A stretch of DNA of 33,683 bases from a virus (taxonomy: Duplodnaviria > Caudoviricetes). The number at the start of each line of letters is the position of its first letter. Position 1 is the stretch's first letter. The notes beneath the pieces are model-generated. The model saw nothing but the letters and a program-made list of their open reading frames with translations, was not told the origin of the DNA and made no database searches. This document shows, one piece after another, positions 19,949 to 27,145 of the stretch. Made by a program: the position numbers and the translations under genes. The stretch is from IMG/VR virus record IMGVR_UViG_3300032330_000463, positions 1 through 33,683 of that record; one strand, written 5' to 3'.

Positions 19949-20651
19949 AGAATGCCTCGTACATATCCGGTCTGTTAGTCTTTATCCATTCCCTCGGTTC
20001 TTCATGACACTTAGCAAAGTCGTTTCCAACTGTCTGCGATCCTGCATGATGAACGTATCCACGACTAACAAAGTGGAAATATCCTGCTTTGCCTAGATCA
20101 TGACATATTATATTGTCTGAATACCAATTAGTGCTAGGGAATTGCGCTACATCCCATGCATCTTTACTTATAGCCGCGAAAATAGGCGCAATGACATCAG
20201 TCATCTTGATGTGTAACTCGCTCTCCCACTTTAACGCTGAGAATACGTCATCTTCCTCAGCTACTCGTATATTCTGTGCTGGTAGTACGTAATCTGATCT
20301 TGCACCTAAGAATCCTACCTTGAACTCACGGCTTACATACTTATAGTCCGATTTCATCTTCTCAATAGTATCGGGAGTCAATACTACATCGTCATTAGCG
20401 ATGATTAGTGAATCGTAATGCCCTGTATTGAACGCATAAGAGACAATTGAGTTATATGCATCTCCGAAATTGGTAGCAGTATTTGGTCGGAATATGACTC
20501 TATCGTTGCCAAGTCTCTTTCTAACTTCTGCCCACAACTCCAAACTATTTGCACTAACGTAAACTGGCAACTCTCTTGCATATTGGTTAATACTCTCCAG
20601 TAATACGTGGATACTTGGACTGCCCACCGTAGCGATTACGATTGCTTGCAA
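19932..20651 (-). CDS. GT2-like glycosyltransferase
   Basis: AIVIATV, NFGDAYN, IIANDDV, WYSDNIIC, YVHHAGSQT. Confidence 0.8.
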   Translation of the reverse strand: MQAIVIATVGSPSIHVLLESINQYARELPVYVSANSLELWAEVRKRLGNDRVIFRPNTATNFGDAYNSIVSYAFNTGHYDSLIIANDDVVLTPDTIEKMKSDYKYVSREFKVGFLGARSDYVLPAQNIRVAEEDDVFSALKWESELHIKMTDVIAPIFAAISKDAWDVAQFPSTNWYSDNIICHDLGKAGYFHFVSRGYVHHAGSQTVGNDFAKCHEEPREWIKTNRPDMYEAFYGRDS

Positions 20652-21172
20652 AGGATCACCTTCATGGAATCTACTGCTCTAGGAGTACGCATAATTTCCT
20701 GATCGGGAATGTTTTTATCCATCATTTCCTGACCTAATTCTGACAGTTTGAACTCCATCGACGATAGGTTAAATCTATCCTTCCATCCTAAGTACCAATG
20801 CCACTCTGTATAGTACAGCCAGCTATTCTCGTTAAAAGCTCGAACATGAGTCGGGTCTTGCCATGCACCTAGACTTAGCTCATACGGTACGCTAATGTGA
20901 AACTCACCACCAACCTCTAGCAAGTCCTTACAGTTAATCATTGCAGCCACTAAATCAGGTATATGTTCTAAAACATCATTTGCGACGATTGTTTTAAACA
21001 TTCCCTTTTCTATTGTTACCTTGCCAAATCTAGGACTGTCTATAACCTGACCAAACTCGACCTTAGATATATCTACCCACCAATCAGGATTGACTCTAAG
21101 CAATATGTCAGCATTAAAGTAAGAATCTTTCCAGTCCTTACCAGAACCTAGATTAAGCGTTTTAGGCAGCAT
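20636..21172 (-). CDS. SAM-dependent methyltransferase (type 11-like)
   Basis: LNLGSG motif I, NADI, DVLEHI, LEVGG, AWQDPTHVRAF. Confidence 0.85.
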   Translation of the reverse strand: MLPKTLNLGSGKDWKDSYFNADILLRVNPDWWVDISKVEFGQVIDSPRFGKVTIEKGMFKTIVANDVLEHIPDLVAAMINCKDLLEVGGEFHISVPYELSLGAWQDPTHVRAFNENSWLYYTEWHWYLGWKDRFNLSSMEFKLSELGQEMMDKNIPDQEIMRTPRAVDSMKVILCKQS

Positions 21173-21489
21173 TAGACCAATTCAGTTATAGAGAAAGTCG
21201 AAGCTGTTACAGTAGAGTCTTTAATTACTGCAACTTTTTCACCAGCTTTTACTGAAAAATAAAACGGAGCATTAGGAACGATCATTGTGCTTGTAGTTAC
21301 CGTAGCAGTCGGATTAGTTCCAAAAGCAATGTGACAATGACCTAATGAGCAAGATACTAGGACATGAGTCGTATTTGCACCAAATGCTGTGCTCTGAACA
21401 CTTGAGTTTGTTACTGTAAAAATTTGTGCTGTTCCTGCTCTAAAAACTTCTACAGGATTACCGTTATCATCTCTTGTTATGATACTCAT
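21172..21489 (-). CDS. Small beta-rich protein, possibly virion decoration
   Basis: 105 aa; HIAFGTNPTAT, GEKVAVI; coupled to neighbours. Confidence 0.55.
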   Translation of the reverse strand: MSIITRDDNGNPVEVFRAGTAQIFTVTNSSVQSTAFGANTTHVLVSCSLGHCHIAFGTNPTATVTTSTMIVPNAPFYFSVKAGEKVAVIKDSTVTASTFSITELV

Positions 21490-21947
21490 GATTGCTCCAT
21501 GTTAATGTCATCATTGGTTTCGTACTCTAATTTAGCCATCTTCAGCATAGTCTTTTGACGATCTGTCATAGCAGTCTTTATGGGACCACCAACCAGCCAA
21601 GCCGAACACGTTCTATCAGCAGCACACTTAAATTCAAAAAGCTCACAATATCCTAATTCAGCACTAGCTACTACCTCATTAGCATACGTCTCATCATCCG
21701 ATTCATCAACCTGAATGCCACCGACAATACATTCCATCATTTCAGGAGTCTGGATAAATGCAGAACAGTTACCGCAATGCATAGTCTGAGCGTTCTTTTC
21801 GCTAGTGTTCCATTCCTTAGCACGAATCTGCCAGAAATCTTCTGGAGAGTCAGGATTAGCAGGACCGTAACCTACATTAGCAAATGCCCAATCACGATTC
21901 TTTAGATTAAGCGGTATGTCTGAACAGACCTTAGGACATTGTTTCAT
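21486..21947 (-). CDS. Cys-rich conserved phage protein
   Basis: YGPANP, CGNCSAF, GYCELFEFKCAADRTCSAW. Confidence 0.65.
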   Translation of the reverse strand: MKQCPKVCSDIPLNLKNRDWAFANVGYGPANPDSPEDFWQIRAKEWNTSEKNAQTMHCGNCSAFIQTPEMMECIVGGIQVDESDDETYANEVVASAELGYCELFEFKCAADRTCSAWLVGGPIKTAMTDRQKTMLKMAKLEYETNDDINMEQS

Positions 21948-21951
21948 TAGA

Positions 21952-22203
21952 TCACCATTTCACTTTATTAGCCCAATATGCAGCAGACATTTTGCCTTTA
22001 GCTATATTGGAAGCATGACGAGCCTTAAATGCCTCATTACGCTTAGTTCCATCTGGACTACCCTTTACACCTTGCTGACCAAAACGGATTAACTTAACCT
22101 CGTCTCCTGCCTTTGCTAGTACCGCATGAGATTTAGTTGGATGACTAGGAGTAGCTTTAGGCTTGTTATAGCCAGCAAATTCCTCTTTGCCACGCTTAAT
22201 CAT
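21952..22203 (-). CDS. Small basic conserved phage protein
   Basis: KLIRFGQQG, FKARH, SAAYWANKVKW. Confidence 0.7.
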   Translation of the reverse strand: MIKRGKEEFAGYNKPKATPSHPTKSHAVLAKAGDEVKLIRFGQQGVKGSPDGTKRNEAFKARHASNIAKGKMSAAYWANKVKW

Positions 22204-22352
22204 TTCTTCACCTTCTTAGCAGTCTTAGCCGAAGCCACAAAATCAGCTTTAGTAGGAGCACCTTTAGAACCTACCTTACGCATCTTTTCACCAGAACCTT
22301 CAGCTATGCGTTTACGTTTAGCATTAACATTAGCGTAAAGTCCATTTTTCAT
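22200..22352 (-). CDS. Small Lys/Arg-rich protein (50 aa)
   Basis: Not in track. MKNGLYANVNAKRKRIAEGSGEKMRKVGSKGAPTKADFVASAKTAKKVKK; ATGA overlaps at both ends. Confidence 0.8.
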   Translation of the reverse strand: MKNGLYANVNAKRKRIAEGSGEKMRKVGSKGAPTKADFVASAKTAKKVKK

Positions 22353-22738
22353 TTTAAGAATCTCAATTTGTATAAAGTCGAATCAATCTCAGACGCAATT
22401 TCATCTACCAGATTCTGCAATTCTGAATCTTGTGGCAACTTAGCACGACGAGCCTTAACCTGATTCTTTAGCATTGTCAGTTCTGCAATAGGCTCCAATG
22501 GTGCATCATAGTCAACCATAAAGTTGTTAATAATGCCATACTTGCCTTGATACGCTTCTACGTATGCATCTACCAAGTCTTGCAAAGTATCGTAAAAATT
22601 TCCTAGCGATGAATGCATAGAAAAACTACGAGTCTGCCAATGAAGAATATGAGTATTAGTAATAGCGTGAAGCAACATTAGTACAAAGTCAGCTACTTCT
22701 TTGTTACCGCTATTTTCTTGATCGCTAAGGAGAGCCAT
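22349..22738 (-). CDS. Ferritin/Dps-like four-helix protein
   Basis: HILHWQT, H..LGNFYD, DAYVEAYQGKYG, DEIASEIDSTLYKL. Confidence 0.7.
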   Translation of the reverse strand: MALLSDQENSGNKEVADFVLMLLHAITNTHILHWQTRSFSMHSSLGNFYDTLQDLVDAYVEAYQGKYGIINNFMVDYDAPLEPIAELTMLKNQVKARRAKLPQDSELQNLVDEIASEIDSTLYKLRFLK

Positions 22739-22908
22739 TATTTTTTCCTTTTTTTCATTTTCATGCCAGCTTCACTCATGGCAATAGCTACGGCTTGTTT
22801 TTGAGACTTGACTACTGGTCCAGTTTTGCTACCAGAGTGCAATTCGCCTTTGCCATACTCACCCATGACTTTAGCGACCTTCTTAGCTGCTTTGGTTTTC
22901 TTCATCAT
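22738..22908 (-). CDS. Small basic protein (DUF6496-like, 56 aa)
   Basis: Not in track. MMKKTKAAKKVAKVMGEYGKGELHSGSKTGPVVKSQKQAVAIAMSEAGMKMKKRKK; AAGGA RBS; TAATG-coupled to next gene. Confidence 0.8.
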   Translation of the reverse strand: MMKKTKAAKKVAKVMGEYGKGELHSGSKTGPVVKSQKQAVAIAMSEAGMKMKKRKK

Positions 22909-23188
22909 TTAGCATTTCCTTTACTTGTTCAAGTAGTTGTTGCTCAGTAACTTCATACTGACGCTCAAAGGCTTTACGTCCCAAACCGTGATATCCGGCT
23001 TTTGATCCCCTATGATGCTCAGGACAAAGTGGTAACGTATCGTAATGCGAACTCCTTACACCCATTCCCAAGCCTAAACCTCTAACGTGGTGAATCTCAG
23101 AAGGAGTACCTGCATACCCTAGCCTATAGCAAATTATACAACCTAAATTAGCAACTTTAGATAGATATTTCTTCTCTGCTTTGGTCAA
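22883..23188 (-). CDS. Ref-like HNH-type nuclease
   Basis: LGCIIC, EIHHVR, LPLCPEHHRG, GYH..GRKAFE; likely TTG start at 23188 after GGAGA. Confidence 0.7.
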   Translation of the reverse strand: MTKAEKKYLSKVANLGCIICYRLGYAGTPSEIHHVRGLGLGMGVRSSHYDTLPLCPEHHRGSKAGYHGLGRKAFERQYEVTEQQLLEQVKEMLNDEENQSS

Positions 23189-23351
23189 TTTGACGCTTTC
23201 TCCACAAATATTTAACTGAAGATATTGTCTCTGCATGATTGCACTCAGGACACACATCTACAGCATCATCAAATACATATCCGCAACGTACTTTCAACAC
23301 ATCGTCACGTTCACCAATCCAGTTGCAATTATCGCAATAAACTTTATCCAT
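23157..23351 (-). CDS. Small zinc-ribbon protein
   Basis: CDNCNWIG ... CPECN; AGGA RBS. Confidence 0.65.
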   Translation of the reverse strand: MDKVYCDNCNWIGERDDVLKVRCGYVFDDAVDVCPECNHAETISSVKYLWRKRQIDQSREEISI

Positions 23352-23388
23352 AATATTGATTTCCTGTAACGTAATTTACATTAAATTT

Positions 23389-23420
23389 TGCTATTATTTT
23401 CAAGCAGTTAGTGGACTGCT
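23389..23420 (+). promoter_or_regulatory. Extended -10 promoter and 5' leader hairpin for the acidic ORF
   Basis: TG-c-TATTAT at 23389-23397; AGCAGT-tagtgg-ACTGCT at 23403-23420 starting at the predicted +1. Confidence 0.5.
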
Positions 23421-23438
23421 ATTTCTAGGGAGAAACAA

Positions 23439-23618
23439 ATGTTTGCATTAAATATTGAAGGCGTAATGTTTTACTTTGAGTCTGATGATGTAGAGATTTA
23501 TGAGTTTGATGAAGATGGTGTAGCGTATTGGTTTGATGACGAAGAACAAGTCTGGTATTACTTCGATGAAGAATACTATGACTGGATCGAGTGCGAAGAA
23601 GATTATTGCGAAGAATAA
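23439..23618 (+). CDS. Extremely acidic, aromatic-rich 59-aa protein
   Basis: Not in track. GGGAGA RBS; MFALNIEGVMFYFESDDVEIYEFDEDGVAYWFDDEEQVWYYFDEEYYDWIECEEDYCEE; stop abuts convergent gene stop. Confidence 0.8.
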   Translation: MFALNIEGVMFYFESDDVEIYEFDEDGVAYWFDDEEQVWYYFDEEYYDWIECEEDYCEE

Positions 23619-23945
23619 TCATTGAGTTGACCTTTCAACTTGACGATTACTAGCTTCTAAACTTCTCCAGCAGTCAACACGAGCTTGAGCGGCTACGAGC
23701 ATCCAGCGTAGTCGTTCAGCCTCCTCTACAGCCTCTCTTAGTCCTTCTACACAAGCAGCATACTCAACTGTAGTGTAAGCATCTGCCTCTTTATCAGCCA
23801 TCGTACTTTTCAAACTACGTTGAAAGCCAATAGCCTTAACTGTTTTTCTATGTTCAGTTAAGTAAACAACCTGAGCTTTAGCAGCAGCATATTTCTCAGC
23901 ATTCTTAATCATAAAATTAATCGCTTCGTTCGGATCGATATTCAT
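23619..23945 (-). CDS. Conserved helical phage protein
   Basis: 108 aa coiled-coil-like, C-terminal WRSLEASNR. Confidence 0.65.
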   Translation of the reverse strand: MNIDPNEAINFMIKNAEKYAAAKAQVVYLTEHRKTVKAIGFQRSLKSTMADKEADAYTTVEYAACVEGLREAVEEAERLRWMLVAAQARVDCWRSLEASNRQVERSTQ

Positions 23946-24216
23946 CTGATAGTTTCCATATTAAAGTTTTAGCATCGTCAATACTTGTTACTACGTTTAC
24001 CTGACCTTTCCAGAGTCTGTGCCAATTAACTTGATCTGGAGTAAGTACCTTTTTATCACCATCCTTAATCTCAAGCAAGAAATTTCTAGCTTTAAATCCG
24101 ACGATAATATCTGGACAACCTTTGCCTACCGCATGAAGATGCTCAACCGTACAACCCATATCGCGTAAAGCCTTAACGATCTGAGTCTGGTTGTTATCTA
24201 CCCTTTTGTAAACCAT
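23917..24216 (-). CDS. PD-(D/E)XK nuclease, VRR-NUC/resolvase-like
   Basis: RVDNNQ..IV..LR..G, GCPDIIVG, LLEIKDG, LTPDQ..W. Confidence 0.8.
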   Translation of the reverse strand: MVYKRVDNNQTQIVKALRDMGCTVEHLHAVGKGCPDIIVGFKARNFLLEIKDGDKKVLTPDQVNWHRLWKGQVNVVTSIDDAKTLIWKLSDEYRSERSD

Positions 24217-24722
24217 TCCATAGCCTCATTAAATCTATTTATGTCAGTTAAATATTTATCGTTTAAACAATATCTATTGCCATATCCAAAATTTTGTATT
24301 TCGTGATTTAGTTTAAACTTTTCTTTACCTACAAACCCATGAATTTTAATAACCGTAGGCGATTGAACCGAACAATAAATAGACCAATCAGTAGCAAAAT
24401 CTTCCATACTGTTAAAAATTAAATACCGTGGTTCCGGTCGCAAAACTGAACTTGTCTTAATTTGAATAGTTTGACCTTTAATTGTTAAGTCAATATTCCC
24501 ATCTCCACCATAAGTAACGTCAAACCTGACACTAACTCCCAAAAGCTTACAAACAGCTATCTCACCTAACATTCCAATATAGTGAACAGCAAAGTCACTT
24601 TGACCACATATCTTATTGTTTTTAATTTGCTTGTTGTCTAATCTAGCTTTTTTAACTGACTGCATAATTCCAACATTATGAGCAGCCAAGATTAAATCAT
24701 TGGAGTCTAATTCTATTTCCAT
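24198..24722 (-). CDS. Putative PD-(D/E)XK-fold nuclease
   Basis: GMLGEIAV helix, DGNIDL, IQIKT pattern; visibly AT-rich. Confidence 0.5.
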   Translation of the reverse strand: MEIELDSNDLILAAHNVGIMQSVKKARLDNKQIKNNKICGQSDFAVHYIGMLGEIAVCKLLGVSVRFDVTYGGDGNIDLTIKGQTIQIKTSSVLRPEPRYLIFNSMEDFATDWSIYCSVQSPTVIKIHGFVGKEKFKLNHEIQNFGYGNRYCLNDKYLTDINRFNEAMEWFTKG

Positions 24723-24916
24723 TGGCTATCTTCCCCGCGATTTCCTAGCGTCCATTGTGTTCTGCAATCCTTCTCTAGTAACTGAGCCGTTCTATCTCCG
24801 CGTTTTTTAAGGACAATAGACAAGTATTCGATGGCTTTGTTTCTATCTTGAGTACGCCACTTTAATACCTGCCTTACTTCGCAACGATGTCTATGTAGTT
24901 CGCTGTTATCAGGCAC
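24713..24916 (-). CDS. Small basic hypothetical protein
   Basis: HRHRCEVR ... QWTLGNRG; GTG start right after the alternative-frame MTase stop. Confidence 0.65.
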   Translation of the reverse strand: MPDNSELHRHRCEVRQVLKWRTQDRNKAIEYLSIVLKKRGDRTAQLLEKDCRTQWTLGNRGEDSQWK

Positions 24917-25751
24917 TTAGGATTCTCCACGCTGTTGCTGCACATAATGGAACTTGTCCATTTCCAATGGCTTTAAGTCTGTCCACCCTATCCACCATCC
25001 CATCAACCACTCTGTCCACAGGGGGTTCAATTTGCCACCATTGTGCAGACCCGATACTTGCTCCCCAAGATTCCCCTTGCCTCTGTCCCTCAATGCATGA
25101 CGAGAGTCTTGTGCTTTTGGTGTCCCCCATCTGTGCATATTGCTGACTTGATCCCTGAGATTCGCTGGCTTGCTGCGACCCGGTCTTGCTACCGTAGCTT
25201 CCTTCAATAATGCTGCTTCCGATTTTGGCGGTAGTTTGTCCATTGTTGTTGGAGTTGCCCATTTTTCCGACAATCCAAATTCGTTCTCGTCTATGGTTTG
25301 CACCAATGTCGGCAGCAGATATAACTCCCCACCGACTGTCATACCCCATTGAGGTAAGGTCTGCAAGGACTCGTTCAAGTCCTCTAGTAACGAGCATTGG
25401 ACTGTTCTCCACGAATGCGTATCTTGGTCGTACCTCGCTAATAATCCGTGCCATTTCTCGCCACATTCCACTTCGCTCTCCGTCAAGCCCATCTCCTTTT
25501 CCTGCAACTGAAATGTCTTGGCATGGAAACCCGCCAGATACAACGTCAACAATTCCTCTCCACGGCTTTCCGTCAAAGGTTTGAACGTTATCCCAAATCG
25601 GGAAACTCGGGAGAATTTTGTCATTCTGTCTGGCTGCAAGTACGCTTGCTGGATATGGTTCCCATTCAACGGCACAGACTGTTCTCCATCCGAGAAGTTT
25701 TCCCCCAAGTATTCCTCCACCAGCACCTGCGAAAAGAGCCAACTCATGCAC
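24909..25751 (-). CDS. C5-cytosine DNA methyltransferase, catalytic (alpha-type) chain
   Basis: Motif I LFAGAGG, IV GGFPCQDIS, VI ENS, VIII HRRERIW, X IGNGQVP; GTG at 25751, 6 nt after GGAG; no motif IX in this frame. Confidence 0.92.
   Translation of the reverse strand: MHELALFAGAGGGILGGKLLGWRTVCAVEWEPYPASVLAARQNDKILPSFPIWDNVQTFDGKPWRGIVDVVSGGFPCQDISVAGKGDGLDGERSGMWREMARIISEVRPRYAFVENSPMLVTRGLERVLADLTSMGYDSRWGVISAADIGANHRRERIWIVGKMGNSNNNGQTTAKIGSSIIEGSYGSKTGSQQASESQGSSQQYAQMGDTKSTRLSSCIEGQRQGESWGASIGSAQWWQIEPPVDRVVDGMVDRVDRLKAIGNGQVPLCAATAWRILSA
24917..25747 (-). CDS. Overlapping alternative-frame MTase (beta-type) chain carrying TRD-like repeats and motif IX
   Basis: 276 open codons nested in the MTase gene; WxTP repeats; GKLNPLWTEWLMGWWIGWTD; ATG overlaps helicase stop (ATGA). 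Confidence 0.78.
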   Translation of the reverse strand: MSWLFSQVLVEEYLGENFSDGEQSVPLNGNHIQQAYLQPDRMTKFSRVSRFGITFKPLTESRGEELLTLYLAGFHAKTFQLQEKEMGLTESEVECGEKWHGLLARYDQDTHSWRTVQCSLLEDLNESLQTLPQWGMTVGGELYLLPTLVQTIDENEFGLSEKWATPTTMDKLPPKSEAALLKEATVARPGRSKPANLRDQVSNMHRWGTPKAQDSRHALRDRGKGNLGEQVSGLHNGGKLNPLWTEWLMGWWIGWTDLKPLEMDKFHYVQQQRGES

Positions 25752-26745
25752 GAAACGCTCCACGATTATCAAAGTCTATAGGCTGACCACCTAACGTATC
25801 TACAAACTGCTGGCTGTTGTGCTCAAAGTACATCCCATAGAACTCCTCAGCTTCACCGTTCCTTTGCTTTTGGCACATTAGAAACATATCTGGCTGCTTC
25901 TCGTCATAGTCCTCATTGTTCCTACGAGCGTTCTCCTTCTTCTTATTACGCCAAACTAAGAACACGTTATCCACCTGATCTGCAATGCTTCCAGAACCCT
26001 TTAAATCGGTCTTAGAAGGCTGTATTTCCTCAGACTGCAACTTACGGATATGGTGAACTAAATGAATGTGTACGTGATGATCTCTAGCCAATGCACATAA
26101 CTCGTCAACGAATGATTTTTGCTCGTTTAATGAGTCCTCTGCGACTACACACTTCATTAATGAATCAATGAAGATATGTTTTATGCCTAACTCAACAGCG
26201 CAATACCTTGCCATAGCGATAGTTTTCTGTGGAGTAGTAGAACCTTGCTGGTCGTAAAGATACAGATTCTCGTCAATGAAATTAGTAAACCGTCCTAAAA
26301 CACCACGAATGTAACCTTCTTTGTCGTGAGTTAGCGGCACATTGATATTCTCACCAGCAAATTGTCTGAGCATACGAACAATGGTAGTTACAGGTTTCAT
26401 TTCGTATGAGGCAATGCATACCTTTAGGTTCTGTTTTACTAAACCTAACGCTATCTGACCTGTTACGAGAGACTTACCGCCTCCGTTAGAACCAGCATAG
26501 ACTGTCACTTCACCTAGCCTGAATTTAACGTCTGAGTGAGTTTTAACCCACGGCATTACAGCATCGTCAGTCTTTTCAGGATCAACGTAATTCTGGTAAA
26601 TCTCATCTAACCAGCTATTAGCAGACTTAACGTGAGCTGATAAGTCACTAGCCTTTAGATATTTCTCAATATCAATCTGACTTGATTTAATGATATTGCG
26701 GTCATTGTAAAGTCGTTCCGCTATCGTATTAATATTATCCGACAT
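25744..26745 (-). CDS. SF4 (DnaB/T7 gp4-like) replicative helicase
   Basis: Walker A GSNGGGKS, ASYEM, IFIDSL, HLVHHIRK, DLKGSGSIADQVD, KQRNG. Confidence 0.9.
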   Translation of the reverse strand: MSDNINTIAERLYNDRNIIKSSQIDIEKYLKASDLSAHVKSANSWLDEIYQNYVDPEKTDDAVMPWVKTHSDVKFRLGEVTVYAGSNGGGKSLVTGQIALGLVKQNLKVCIASYEMKPVTTIVRMLRQFAGENINVPLTHDKEGYIRGVLGRFTNFIDENLYLYDQQGSTTPQKTIAMARYCAVELGIKHIFIDSLMKCVVAEDSLNEQKSFVDELCALARDHHVHIHLVHHIRKLQSEEIQPSKTDLKGSGSIADQVDNVFLVWRNKKKENARRNNEDYDEKQPDMFLMCQKQRNGEAEEFYGMYFEHNSQQFVDTLGGQPIDFDNRGAFRA

Positions 26746-27145
26746 ATTTAACTGCCTCCATTATCCTAGCCTGTGCTTTCTTCATCCGACCTCTATCTTC
26801 TTCCGATAGTGGTAGTCCTTGTGCCATCGTATAAGCTGCTACTGATACTACCCATGCCTCGAATTCAATGACTCTGAGCAAGTCTGAAGCATAATACTTT
26901 CTTTTGACTTGAGGCAAGTCTTTATTTACGTTAGGGAATAGATCATTCATATCCATGCCAATAGCACCCAAAATATCTTGAACGCTGCAATCAGCAAAAC
27001 ATTTCAATAAGATACGACCATCGTCTAATTCTCTTATCGCTAGTGATGGACTCTTATCGCTATGAGCAGGACAGCAAGCCGTATAAGCTCCGTTGCGACC
27101 TTTAACTTTCTCTAGTCGGATTAGTATGTTCTCTATCATTTCCAC
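26735..27145 (-). CDS. Primase-type CHC2 zinc-binding domain protein
   Basis: CPAHSDKSPSL ... LLKCFADC; no TOPRIM domain. Confidence 0.8.
   Translation of the reverse strand: MEMIENILIRLEKVKGRNGAYTACCPAHSDKSPSLAIRELDDGRILLKCFADCSVQDILGAIGMDMNDLFPNVNKDLPQVKRKYYASDLLRVIEFEAWVVSVAAYTMAQGLPLSEEDRGRMKKAQARIMEAVKYVG

Noticed and set aside
23365-23380. TGTAA-N6-TTACA as shared operator with TGCAA-N5-TTACA near 33033
   Set aside because: Different spacing and AT-rich context; may be chance.
23425-23622. 65-aa His/Arg-rich minus-strand ORF
   Set aside because: Antisense shadow of the acidic plus-strand gene, which has the RBS and promoter. Its ATGA overlap means some translation cannot be excluded.
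25170-25786. Four plus-strand ORFs over the MTase locus
   Set aside because: No motifs or RBS; likely by-products of the constrained minus-strand dual coding.
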